Assembly: GCA_964187785.1 (NCBI GenBank)
Contig: OZ076409.1
Coordinates: 11,410,001 to 11,474,000 of the forward strand
Direction of reading: 5' to 3'
DNA: 64,000 bases
Origin: Amphiscolops sp. MND2022
Taxonomy: Eukaryota
The notes under the pieces are model-generated. The model was given only the letters and a program-made list of their open reading frames with translations, was not told where the DNA came from and did not search any database. Positions 37,273-48,166 of the stretch are shown piece after piece; the stretch's first letter is position 1; each line of letters starts with the position of its first letter. Position numbers and translations under genes: made by a program.

Positions 37273-40200
37273 ATGAGTGAAAACGCTGTTCCTCCTGATG
37301 TCTCTGGTTTTCTCAGTGGGCATGAGACTAACTTGTGCTTCACTGAAGACGACGCTTATCCCTCGGAAACGGAAGTTATAGTTACTTCTTCAGGTTGGTA
37401 AAAATCTTTCTGACTTCTTGGGTAGTAGGGCTCTTTTTGTTTTGGTGATCAGCCTTTTATAGTCTTACCCGTATCTCTGACGCGTCTGAACCAGATCTTG
37501 ATTTTCAGTAACTCAACCTGGAACTTCCTTGACTGTTGTTTCCGCTACTACTACGGGTGGGACATCTGCTACCCCCATGGGGTTATCTTCGCTGGGTTCT
37601 TCTTTGAAGCTGCCTCCAGTGACTTCAGTGCTGGTTCCTGAGCAGTCCATTAATGATGTTTTGACAACATTGCTTCCTGCTAATCCTACTACTGGATCTT
37701 CAGTAGTTCCGGGTGTTGATGTCTCTTCTGCAGCTCCTCCTGGTTTGTCCGAAGTAGTTCCGGGCGTTGATGTTTCCTCTGCAGTTCCTCCTGATTTGTC
37801 CGAAGTAGTTCCGGGCGATTTTGATGTCAGTGTGGAGCCTCATGAAGGTGAGGCTGCTACCACCTCCACAGGAGAAGAAAGAACTGTAGAAGAGGAGGAT
37901 ACTCCAGTCTGTAAGTTGTGTGTTTGTGTGATTGGGTTCTTTTGTTGTTGTTGTTTTTTTTGTCAACTTGTTGGTTTCTGTTTTCCATTTCTTATCACTC
38001 TTGTGTTGTAGGTTCGAAAGTGTTTCCATTCCGGAAGACGAGCGTGAAGTTCATGGAATCGTCTCCGAAATTGAAAAGGACAACACGGGTCGCAGATGTT
38101 GATGCTACCTTGAGTGGTTGGAGTGGGGCAGAAGACGTATCATTCTCGGCAACTCCCGTGTCACCCGAAATGATGCAGCTGGGTCGTCAGTTGGCTTCGA
38201 CGGTAGAGGAGCGTACTGCTCGGCAGATACAGACAGGTGAGTTGTTTATTTGTGATTGGCCTCTTGTTGGAATGGTGTGTGGTACGTTGCAGCGACGTTT
38301 GTTTTGGGTGTTACATTTGTTTGATTGGTTTTGTGTGTGTTATAGGCTTCAGCGAGCTTGTTGAGAAAGTGGAGAGTCACTTTGAGCGCCCGAAGGCGAA
38401 GAAGTATAGCAGTCGGAAGTTGTTGCATCGTCGGATGCTAGCGCTGAATCCATTGTTTGCTGACTTCGTGACGGGTTCGGAGTGTGGAAGTGCAAAGGTC
38501 TTCTATTGTCGCATTTGTAGAAGAGACGTAAAGATGGGCTCAAAAGGGGCAGCTGAGTTTGTTCGTCATTTTGAGTCGAAGAAGCACTGGGAGCAGGACG
38601 TCACATATCGTGTGCACATGGGTCTCCCTGTGTACAACAAGCTAATGGAGCCCATGGAGCTGAGTGCCCGACAGAGGGACGATTTCCTTTCACGGCCCTT
38701 CGTGGATTTGGGCGGGGAGTTTCCTTTCCCTGAGGACATGTTGCCCAAACATTCAAAGGCTTCTTCGAAGGTGCCACTGATGACTCTCGTTTCAAGTTTG
38801 AGTGATGTGTTGCGCAGTGGCGGGGATTTCACGTTGGTTCGTCGTCTGTGGGGCTACTTCCTTGCGTCTCTGGGCGGTCGGGATCCGGAATTCTCTCTAC
38901 AGTGGAGTCGCTCAGAGACTGTGGTTAGTATTTTTGTGTGTTTGGTACATTTAGTGGGTGGTGTTCTGTTATGTGGTATTTGCTCCTTTTATTGTAAGCC
39001 GCTAGGTGACCGTAAAGATGTACTGTTGTGTGATTTCGCTCTCCGTTGTTGTTTGTTTCCTCTTCCTTCTTCTTTTCATTTGGGTGTTTGTTTCAGTCCG
39101 TGTTGTGTCAAGGCCTTGTTCCCCGAGTGCTGCGCGTGATGTTCAAGAACATTGGGCAATTTCGGGAGTATTCTCTGCAGTATGAAAAGGATACGGAGGT
39201 AGAACGTTGTTTCGTTCTCTTCTGGGAAGACAACTATTTGAAGAAGGTATGTGTCGGTTGTGAGTCGCTGCTGCAGCATGTGCCAAAACCAGAGTTGCTG
39301 CCCTTGGCACGAGTCGTCTGTAGTTTACCGTCTGGGAAGTTGCCTTTGGCTATAGTCGGCGGAAGTCCGTCCTTAGTCCGTGTCTTGAGTGACACTCGCG
39401 CTGACAGTCGTGTCTTTGTGTCTTATCAGCCCTTCACTAGTGAGATGTTGATTCGTTGTATTCGGCAAGCCTATCAGGACGTGTTCAGTATGATGGAGGT
39501 GACTTCCCTGGTGGATTATACCGTGTTACGTTTGAAAACTGCCATTTACGAGGACTGGATGGAGGAGAGAGCCATACTGTGTAAAAGTGTTCGTCAGGGC
39601 CACGTGGAATTCGCTGATTTGCGGGAAGTACTGTCAGATCTGATAGAGTTATGGCCTTCAATACGTCCATTTGTTCGATGTACTGGTAACCCTGAGGCTA
39701 AGGACAAGGCTGAACGGGTGAGTGAAAATTGTTCCTTCCGTCCGGTGTAGTTGCGGTGTTACTTTTTGTCATATCATGTTGTGTATTTTAGCTACAGGGG
39801 ATTGATTGGTTACTAACTGCCGATAATATGATAACGTATCGGTTCAGTCTGCTGAAAGTGATCCTTGATACTTGTGAGTGTTTTCTTTTGAGTTGATAGA
39901 TTGTTTTTTGACTGTTGTTGACTGCGTATTTGTTCGTATTAGTGGCTGTTCTTTCCTGTCTTTCTCTTTTGTGTATTGGGGTAGGGTTGTTCTTCTGTTG
40001 TATACGAATCATGGTGTATGTTTTAGTCTACAACAATTGCCCCAGATTTCGACAGGATCAGGCGGATTATGCTTTCCGCGCTTATGGCGAGTTTTGCAAT
40101 TTTGTGTATTGCCTGCTCTTGAAAACTCGCAGCACCAGTGGTCTTCCTGAAATTCATGCTTGGGAGTGTTACATGGATGTCGTGAAGGCCCGGGATTTCG

Positions 40201-41327
40201 CTGTTGTTCCGTGTGATTCTTTCCTCTCTAATCATGACTTGGGGAAACAGTTATCCGCAGGCAAGACGAAAGAGTATGTGGCTTTCCGACTTCATTGTCG
40301 TCAGTTCGTTGATCGTCTGATCATCATTTTACTGGAAAGCACATATGCACGTTCTGTTATTGCTAAGGGGATGTGTAGTTTCTGCCCCGAGTTGATGCTG
40401 GAAGGCGATGATGTGGCCGTTTTCAGTCTATTTGCGGATTTGTGCCGTATTCTTGTATCCTGTGGTTCGCTGAGTGTGGACGAAAGTAGTGCAGCTTTGG
40501 AGGAACAGGCAAGTTTCATTGTGGAAAAGCGTGGGTATCATTCTTCGTCAGGGCAGTCTGCTGGTGACATCGTGAATGTGGTGCCGTACCTGCTCCGTGA
40601 TGTTGGGTTCTTGTCACGACCACATTTGCTCCGGGTATTCAAGTTGTGTTGTCTTGTCGCGGGAGTGTCTGTCTCACGCTATCCTGCCGTGTCTCTGGAT
40701 TTATCTGAGTTTACGTTGAGTGTTGCAGACTTTCAGAGCTGTGTGCAACTGGTGCAGTCTTATATATTGAGCGAAGGGTATTCGCATCAATCCTTCTTCA
40801 GTGATCAGACTCTTATAGTTGTGAAGAAGGCCATCGCAGATGCTGGTAGATTCTTTGGAGCGTCTGACTTCAGTATGTGGACAGATTTTTGTAGGGAGGA
40901 TGTAGATGCCTTTGTTGTGAAGTATAGTGCCTTATTTACTACTTTCCTCGCAGAGCGCCGGAAGAGCTTCGATGCCCGTTATGTGGAGTACAATAATTCA
41001 AATCGGATGTCCCGTCTATCTGATAGTGGCGATACAGCTGGTTCGAGTGGTTCCTTGAGTTCTGTGATCCAGCGGAAGAGGCAAGATACAGGTCCTCCAA
41101 GTGGTGTTTCTGTGAAATCTGGTGGCAGTAAGTCAAGTAATGGCGGAACGAAGTCGGAGTCGAAGTCTGCTACTATTTCGTTTAAAAGGAAGCAGCAGAA
41201 AAACGTCGGTGGTGATTCGGGTGGTGGAGCTGGTTCATCTAAAGGAAGAAAGAAAGCTGTGCGAGATGCTGATGATGATGATTCTGGTAGTCAGCCGAAG
41301 TCTAAGAAAGTGTCCAAAAACTGTTGA
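37273..41327 (+). CDS. Seven-exon antisense accessory gene of element B (1109 aa; zinc finger plus hAT-transposase-like body)
   Basis: Exons 37273-37393, 37509-37910, 38012-38236, 38346-38923, 39097-39717, 39792-39873 and 40027-41327. All six introns are GT...AG and T-rich, with phases 1,1,1,0,0,1, giving one uninterrupted 3330-nt frame. CRIC-x16-H-x5-H finger at 38507-38587. Confidence 0.85.
37703..37820 (+). repeat. 51-bp coding tandem repeat (VVPGVDVSSA(A/V)PP(G/D)LSE, ~2.3 copies)
   Basis: Units start at 37703, 37754 and 37805, within exon 2 of the antisense gene. Confidence 0.85.
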
Positions 41328-41475
41328 TGATTTGGTTTCTTGTTGATGTAGTTATATTTTCCTTTTAATTGTCTGCCAATCTTTGTTGTATTAGTTTTTG
41401 AGTATATAGTTTTAGAGAATCTTGAGAAAATTGACGTAGCCATTCCGGTTCGGTTTGGTTTGTTGAGTTTTTTAG

Positions 41476-44400
41476 CTAGTCTTGAGTTGGACGTGAGTCC
41501 TCCGTAGTAACTGAGTCAAGCATTCGAAAATCAGGATTGACATTGGGTTTCGGATTAGGTCGTAAGTTGTATCTTCCCACTTTTCTAGGGTTATATCCAA
41601 CGACGATAGGCGGCAATTCGGGTGTTTTGGGAGGGCTGTGTATCGGTGGTGGGGTCAAAATATATGGGTTATCGCTGACATCTAGGTCAAATGACGTTAT
41701 ATTGTCGGAAGGTGTTTTGTCTTCTGCAGTATTTTCATTTGTGGCTGTTTGAGCCACGTCGTTTTCCATTGTAGGTGCGTCTGTGGTTATTTTAACCACG
41801 TCATTTTCCACTATACTTTCTTTGGTGGTTGTTTTAACCACATCATTTCCCGTTGTAATTTCGTCGTTTCCTGTTATGTCTTCGATTTCTGTAAGTGTAG
41901 CTTCTTTGGCGGCGTTTTCCGTATTGTTTCCGAACAGAACTTCTCCGAATTCGGTTTCCCAAGCTTGCGCGTACCAATCATTGTGGGTTGTTTTAACCTC
42001 TTGGTCTGGAAGGTAATCTTCCCTTCTGACTGTTACGTCAGGTACTCGCTGATTGGGCGCATATAGCCTTAGGCGAATTCTGTGGAGGGTTTGAGTATAC
42101 CTAGTTCTCGTGCGGCGTACGACGTAGTTGTTGTTCGAGAGTACTTTGACTACTATGTAGGGTCCAGTCCAAATGCAATCTTTAAAGGCGAATTTCATCG
42201 ACTGGTTGTCTGCCCTCGGATTAAGGACGTAGCAGTAGTCGTTGACTTTGAGTGGCGTTGCTGTCGCTTTCTTGTCATAGTACTGTTTGTACTTTAAGTA
42301 GGACTGCATTAGATTTTCTTTGGCGGCTTGGTGTATTTCGGATATTTGCTTCTGTAGTTGATCAGTCAGTTCTTCGTTGTTATCTTTTTTCCATTCAGGT
42401 TTCAATCCGAGTTTTATGTCTAGGATGTTGTACGGAATGCGTCCGTGAAATACTGTTGTGGGTTCACAACCTAGGCTTTCATGATAGCTCGTATTGTAGT
42501 TCATGACCGCGATCTGGACATATTTATGCCACATAGAGCGTCGTTCTCCCGTTGATATCTTTAGGGAGGTTTTCAAAGAGGCATGAGTCCTTTCTAGGAT
42601 GCCAATTGTTTGAGCGTGTTTCGTCGATGCGTGGCTTATCCGTATATCCAGTGTTTGTGTTATTTGATTGACTACTTCTGACCTGAATTGTGATCCTTTA
42701 TCCGTTAGAATGACGGTCGGCAGGTAGCAGTGTCGTGTCATGACGTCTATTATGCATCGTGCGACTGTTTTGGCTGTCATGTCCTGTGTCGGGTAAGCGA
42801 AAAGGTACCGCGAAAAAACATCCATCATCGTTATGATGTGTTGGTATCCATTTGAGGAAGGTAGATTTGGTAGAATGTCTACTTCTAGGCAGTCTTCTGG
42901 TCCCATTGTGAATTCAGTGTTGCTTAGCATTTTGGGACGTATTTGTCTTGTGTCAATTCTTTTATTGGCAATGCAGTCTTGACAGCTGGTTACCCAAGCT
43001 CTGATTTTACGTGCAAGACCCGGGAAGTAGTATTTCGCTCTGCATTCTTGTATCATTTTTGTGATTCCTGGGTGTTTATTTGTTTTCCCATGTAGAGTGG
43101 CCAAGAGTTCTGGGACTAGGTGTTTCGGAATTATAATTTGATTATGGGTGACTGATCCGTCTTCTCCGTAGTATTTCCGCATCAGAACTCCATTTTTCAT
43201 TATGATTCTTTCTTCATGGCGTAATAGGTTTCGTCCTCGTGGTTCAGTTTTGAGAAGGTGTTTGTCATATTCTTCGTGTGAGATCCGTTGTTTCAGTGCT
43301 TTGAGGAGAGGGTCTGCATCTTGCTTGTTTCTGATCCGTGCATTTTCTTTGATTGCACCGAAGGAGTAGACTGCGGAGTTGAGTGGTATCTTGATGACTT
43401 CGGTTACTTTTGTTGATAGTTCTCTCTCATGTTCGTCTAGGGCGCGTCGTTTGCTGAGTGCTTTTCGGGCAAAGATTTCTTGTTCAGATTCATCTTCTTC
43501 ATCAGGTAGGAAGAAAAGTTGTTCTTCGTCAGCTACATCTGATGATTGTAGATTGACCTCAATTGGGGACGTTAGGATGTCGTCTCGTAGTTTAAGTTGT
43601 ACCTTTTCTTTCGGTGTAAGTTCGAGTCTTGAGAGAAAATCTGCTGCTGTGTTTTGGGAGCCTGCTACGTGCATAATTCGAAACTTGAACTGTAATACAT
43701 AGTCGCAGGCATTCCAGAGTGCAGGGGGTGTCGTTTTGGTCTGGAAGAATCTCGTTACTGAGCGGTTGTCTGTTAAGACCAGGGTTGGAATTGTTGCTTC
43801 CCATAGTATGTGACTGTATTCGAGGAATGCATGATAGATTGCTAAGAATTCCTTGCAGTAGATAGACATTTTCAGTTGTGCAGGTGAAAAAACTCGTGAT
43901 CCGAACGCTACTGGTGCGAAGGTTTTTCGTTTGGAGAGTATTTTGCGTTCATCGTTCTCCTCAATCATGAGGGCGTAGCCTGACGCACGAAAGCTTGCAT
44001 CCGTCATTAGGACGTATTGTTTTCCTGCTATGGGCTGTCGGAGCGCAAGTCCACAAGCTTCCGCTAAACTGGCGTTAATTTCCTTAAAGTTATCGACAAG
44101 TTCTTCTGACATTCTGATCTTGGAGTTTGCTTTAAGAAGTTCGTACATGCCGATGAGCTTTTCTGACAAGCGCGGTATGTAGTTGCGGTAATAGTTAACA
44201 AAGCCAATGTATTTTTGAACCTGTTTTTTGGATTTGGGGAAGCGGACTTTGGAGAGGAAATTTTTGACTTTTTGATCTTGCGGGGCTACTCCGTCGGGGG
44301 TGATGGTTCGGCCAAGGAATTCGATTTGGGTTACTCCGAAATGACATTTTTCGATAGTTAGTTTTAGTCCTGCTTTCCTAATACATTTGAAGACTGCTCT

Positions 44401-46761
44401 GATGTTTTTTATGAGCTGTTCCGTTGTGTTTGCGGCAATGCCAATGTCATCTACGTATTGTGCACATTGATCGGCTTTGATGACTGAGTCCAGATACTCA
44501 CGCATGAAGCTCGAAAAGGCTGATAGGGCTCTGCTTAGTCCTTGTGCCAGGCGACGATAGGCGAACGTCCTACTAGCGAAATTAAAAGCAAGTAACTCTA
44601 CTGACCTTTGGTCTGCCATTTGAAGGCAGTGATACGCCTGGGAGCAGTCAAGTTTGCAGAATAGTTTTTTCCCTGCTAGGTGTTGTGCCGCATCTGAGAG
44701 GGTGCTGACAGGGTGGTTATTGTTGATGTAGTCATCTGCTATGAGTGCGTTGATTTTGCGCAGATCCACCAGTAGTCTCAGTTTGCCGTTGGGTTTCCGT
44801 TGTGCAAATATAGGACTGGCGTACTTGGAGAAGGGGAGTGTCGTGATGATGCCGTATTTGTGCATCAGTGCCAGTTCCACTGTTAGGTCTTCTTTGAGGT
44901 TGATCGGGACAGGTAAGCTCTGTGTGTAGACTGGTTTGTCGTCCTGTGGTGTTAGGCTGACTTTGAACTGTGTATTCATCCCGATATCTAGTCGGTGTCG
45001 AGCAAAGATGTCATTGAATTCAACAATGGTGTCCTCAAGGTTTTCACGGTCTTTGCCCGTAATTAGTGAGTCTGTCCATTTGAACATTGATAGAAATTTG
45101 TTGCGAGAGTCTTCGTTTTCGGTTGGGTCAAGTTTTTCTAGTTCGGCAAGGTCCCGCAGTTCTTTCAGGATTCGCTTTTGTATGGGCGAATGTTCTTGTT
45201 CGTTGCCTGGGTGTTCTGGGGTCGGGAACCAGAATTTTTCTTCATTGTCTTCTGGCCGTTCTACTTGCATTAGTGCGTTGATGTACGTGACCACATCGTC
45301 ATGGTCATTGAGGAGATTCAGGGCGGCAATGTCAACTGGACGGATCATCTTCGTTTCTTCGGGTTTCAGGATTTGCAGTTCGGCCATTTTGGTGTCGTTG
45401 GCTATTGTGTATGGAAAATCCGTGGTGTTGGCGATTTTAATTGGGAGCTTTTTATCTCTAGCTGTTGTAATCGCTGGGGCTACTATTACTTTCGCGCATT
45501 CATCGAATTGTGGTAGGGGTTGTATTGTGCCCGTTATTGGGTGCTCAATACTCACAGGGATTGTTGCGTAGATGACTCGGGTAGAGTGCGCTGGGATTGT
45601 ATGTTTGGCTTCGGTCTTTATCGTGATGGGTTTGGGATTGCACTTTTGTCTTTCGTCTGTGAGCGCCATCGTGATTTGGATCTTGGGAAAGTTGATGGTT
45701 CCCTGTGCCGTGTCAAGGATTGCGGCATGCTTTCGTAGAAACGCTAATCCAATTATGGGGAATGACGTTTGATTCATGATGATGAATGTTTCTTCAAAAG
45801 TGTAATCCCCTATTTTGAAGCGTAGAGTGTACGTGGCAAGTGGTTGTTCTAGTTCGGCATTGGCGTATTGCACTTTGAAAGGGGGTGGAGGTGCTTTGTT
45901 AACAATGCATTGACTCGCATTTTGGTGGAGTTTTTCAGCATCCCTTTCGCTAATAGCATTAATGTACGCACCTGAGTCGACTAAGGCTTCGATTTTGACA
46001 GTGTTGAATTCGATTGGTAAGAAGAGCATTTTCTTCTTGAGGGCAATTGCAGACATTAACGGGATGTAGTCGTCTTCCTTGTCGTGCTGGATGAATTCTT
46101 TGATGACATCTAGATCTTCTGGTAGTGTTGGGTGACATTCCGTTATTTCTTCGTCTTCAGCGGCTATTGCTGTGGCTGGCGCGGTTTGTGGTGGTGACGA
46201 GAGCGAAGCGGTGTTTTCTCGCTGTTCTCTTGCTTGTCGTGACCATATTGTTTTGTCTTCAATGCCAATGATGTTTTCGGCATCGATCGGTGTGGACGTG
46301 ATGGTGACGGGTGCTGTTGGGGACGGTGTTGTTCTTTTCAGGATCGGTGACGGCGGTGACGGTAGGTTTGTGATCTTCGTAGCTTGAGCTTGAGGGTTTG
46401 AGACTTGGATTTTGAAGGATAGTTTATTTGTATCATAGATGGTTGGTTCATCCCAAGGGTCACATCTGTAGTCTCTGTCATATATATAAATTCGGTCTGT
46501 TTTTGATTCCGGCAACGGTCTTTTGAGTGTCGCATAGTTATCGGGCGATTCTGTTATCCACTGGGGTAGTGGCGTTGGATCTTCTGGGTGTCTGGCATTA
46601 TGCCTGAGTATCATGCCTACGTTCCAACGGCGTTGCCAGTCTTGAGTTGGTTCTTCATTACATTCGGTTAAAAAATCTTCTTCATACCTGTTTGGGGGGT
46701 CCTCTATCGTGTACGCCCTCGCGTCTACTTTTTCCCCAAATCGTAGGCGCGGCGACTTTAA
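41476..46761 (-). CDS. pol: pol of element B (protease, dUTPase-like segment, RT, RNase H, integrase), uninterrupted
   Basis: LVDSGA; YVDD; TDAS...E...TDN...ADFLSR; HGKTNKH...CQDC; D..D..E; GPY. The frame stays open from the slippery site at 46761 through the 1712-aa ORF. Confidence 0.96.
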   Translation of the reverse strand, partial: LKSPRLRFGEKVDARAYTIEDPPNRYEEDFLTECNEEPTQDWQRRWNVGMILRHNARHPEDPTPLPQWITESPDNYATLKRPLPESKTDRIYIYDRDYRCDPWDEPTIYDTNKLSFKIQVSNPQAQATKITNLPSPPSPILKRTTPSPTAPVTITSTPIDAENIIGIEDKTIWSRQAREQRENTASLSSPPQTAPATAIAAEDEEITECHPTLPEDLDVIKEFIQHDKEDDYIPLMSAIALKKKMLFLPIEFNTVKIEALVDSGAYINAISERDAEKLHQNASQCIVNKAPPPPFKVQYANAELEQPLATYTLRFKIGDYTFEETFIIMNQTSFPIIGLAFLRKHAAILDTAQGTINFPKIQITMALTDERQKCNPKPITIKTEAKHTIPAHSTRVIYATIPVSIEHPITGTIQPLPQFDECAKVIVAPAITTARDKKLPIKIANTTDFPYTIANDTKMAELQILKPEETKMIRPVDIAALNLLNDHDDVVTYINALMQVERPEDNEEKFWFPTPEHPGNEQEHSPIQKRILKELRDLAELEKLDPTENEDSRNKFLSMFKWTDSLITGKDRENLEDTIVEFNDIFARHRLDIGMNTQFKVSLTPQDDKPVYTQSLPVPINLKEDLTVELALMHKYGIITTLPFSKYASPIFAQRKPNGKLRLLVDLRKINALIADDYINNNHPVSTLSDAAQHLAGKKLFCKLDCSQAYHCLQMADQRSVELLAFNFASRTFAYRRLAQGLSRALSAFSSFMREYLDSVIKADQCAQYVDDIGIAANTTEQLIKNIRAVFKCIRKAGLKLTIEKCHFGVTQIEFLGRTITPDGVAPQDQKVKNFLSKVRFPKSKKQVQKYIGFVNYYRNYIPRLSEKLIGMYELLKANSKIRMSEELVDNFKEINASLAEACGLALRQPIAGKQYVLMTDASFRASGYALMIEENDERKILSKRKTFAPVAFGSRVFSPAQLKMSIYCKEFLAIYHAFLEYSHILWEATIPTLVLTDNRSVTRFFQTKTTPPALWNACDYVLQFKFRIMHVAGSQNTAADFLSRLELTPKEKVQLKLRDDILTSPIEVNLQSSDVADEEQLFFLPDEEDESEQEIFARKALSKRRALDEHERELSTKVTEVIKIPLNSAVYSFGAIKENARIRNKQDADPLLKALKQRISHEEYDKHLLKTEPRGRNLLRHEERIIMKNGVLMRKYYGEDGSVTHNQIIIPKHLVPELLATLHGKTNKHPGITKMIQECRAKYYFPGLARKIRAWVTSCQDCIANKRIDTRQIRPKMLSNTEFTMGPEDCLEVDILPNLPSSNGYQHIITMMDVFSRYLFAYPTQDMTAKTVARCIIDVMTRHCYLPTVILTDKGSQFRSEVVNQITQTLDIRISHASTKHAQTIGILERTHASLKTSLKISTGERRSMWHKYVQIAVMNYNTSYHESLGCEPTTVFHGRIPYNILDIKLGLKPEWKKDNNEELTDQLQKQISEIHQAAKENLMQSYLKYKQYYDKKATATPLKVNDYCYVLNPRADNQSMKFAFKDCIWTGPYIVVKVLSNNNYVVRRTRTRYTQTLHRIRLRLYAPNQRVPDVTVRREDYLPDQEVKTTHNDWYAQAWETEFGEVLFGNNTENAAKEATLTEIEDITGNDEITTGNDVVKTTTKESIVENDVVKITTDAPTMENDVAQTATNENTAEDKTPSDNITSFDLDVSDNPYILTPPPIHSPPKTPELPPIVVGYNPRKVGRYNLRPNPKPNVNPDFRMLDSVTTEDSRPTQD

Positions 46762-48166
46762 TTTTTTGGCTGAGAGGACGTGGTAGGTACAGGTTGTTCA
46801 CTGATTTTGTTGGTTGGGATGGTGAATTCTCGTTTCTTCTTTCTGGGGTCATTTGCTGCGTTGGCTCCGTTCCAACAATTCTCAGTTTTGTGCATCTTGC
46901 CACATGTATCACACTTGGGTTTGGGTACTTCGTTTTGGGCTGGGTCTTTGTGTTTGTTTTGGCTGTATTATAACGTTCTCGTTGAAGTTTGCGACACTGT
47001 GCTTTGTAGTGGCCATATTTGCCACAGTGAAAACAATGGCCTCGTTGTTGTTGGTCTTTTTTATGGTCCGTCACTACAGCGTCCACTGTGTTGAGTGGGA
47101 CTAGGATTGTTTCATCGGGCGCACCTAGTCCGTTTAATCTCATCTCCCTCTCAAGATGTAAAACTATATCATTGTAGGGTTTATCTTCCAAATATGCTCT
47201 GTTGAGGATCTTTTTGACGTGATCCGGCATTTTGGCGTAGATTGCTTTATCAATGAATTTTTGTGCTTCTGAGCCGAAGGCTTCTTTTGCAGTTTTTTGC
47301 AGGGTGTCAAGGAACTCATGGAGTTTCTGTTTAGTGGGGTCAAAATGCAGGGCGTCCCACTCACATCTCGCTTTAGCGGATGATTGGAAATCACCAAAGC
47401 GGCGTTTAAAGGCCGTTATGACTTCTTCTAGGTTGTCTTTTTTGGTGTCATCTAGATTACAATACGCTTGTAGTGCGTTTCCTCGTAGGAGTGAATGGAA
47501 GTAGTTGATCTTTTGTATCTCGGTTAGGTGAGGATACATTTTGATATTGTTTCGGAATAGGTCCTCAAAAAGTTCAAACTTTTCGGACTTACCATCAAAA
47601 ACTGGGAGCGAAGCAGTGAGTGCTTTCGGCATTGGAAGTAGATTGGTTGATGGGAATGTCTGTGGTTGTGGTGCGAACAGTATCTTTGACGTGGATGGTC
47701 GGTCTTTTGGTTGTTCGCTGAGTATACGTTGTGCTTTTGGTCTTTTGGTGGGTTGGTTAGTGGAATCATTGAGGACTCCTGTCACCATGTTACGACTATT
47801 GTTCGGTGTTGTTTTAGAACTAGTCGCAGTTCGTGTCTTGACTGGGGTGGACGTTCTTGTTACGGAGATGTTTTCTTGGTCAGAATCAGAATCTTGTATG
47901 TTCGAACTAACTGTGCGTTTCTTGTTCGTAGGTGCCATTAATTTGAGCATTTCCTTTTGATTTTCGGCTAATATCTTTGTTAGATCAGTCATTATTTCTT
48001 TCCTCAGAGTTGTTTTCATTTCCTCCAGGTTTTCAAGCTCAAGTCTAGGATTTTTACTAGAACTAGGTATCAGGTTTTCAAAAGAGCCATTTTCATTCAG
48101 AGAAACTTCGAAATCTCCTGACACTAACTCAGCTACAGCTTTCCTCTTCTGGCTTCTAGTTGCCAT
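46758..48166 (-). CDS. gag: gag of element B (starts in the 5' LTR; one apparent frameshift between the two zinc knuckles)
   Basis: Capsid-like LPVFDG...KINYFHSLLRGNA and knuckle CFHCGKYGHYKAQC. The second knuckle CDTCGKMHKTENC (46875-46913) and the PKN* ending are in a shifted frame. Confidence 0.9.
46761..46767 (-). promoter_or_regulatory. -1 ribosomal frameshift heptamer A-AAA-AAT
   Basis: Immediately before the gag TAA. A -1 shift enters the pol frame. Followed by a potential stem CGCGcCTAC...GTAGaCGCG. Confidence 0.7.
47775..47787 (-). promoter_or_regulatory. Primer-binding site of element B (TGGTGACAGGAGT), possibly tRNA-Leu
   Basis: TGG directly follows the LTR terminal CA. The complement ACTCCTGTCACCA resembles tRNA-Leu 3' ends (from recall). 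It lies within the gag coding frame. Confidence 0.7.

Noticed and set aside
35774..41327. Accessory ORFs of element B as an env gene
   Set aside because: The main gene is antisense and spliced. The hydrophobic, Cys-rich stretches in the ORF track come from translated T-rich introns. The 3' sense ORF has no signal peptide or transmembrane segment.
37273..41327. Nested DNA transposon or ordinary host gene interrupting the retroelement
   Set aside because: I saw no TIRs or TSD around it, and a divergent homolog sits at the same position and orientation in element A.
41537..47960. Many short plus-strand ORFs opposite gag and pol (also opposite pol of elements A and C)
   Set aside because: Shadow ORFs of long coding frames, with no motifs or consistent splice structure.
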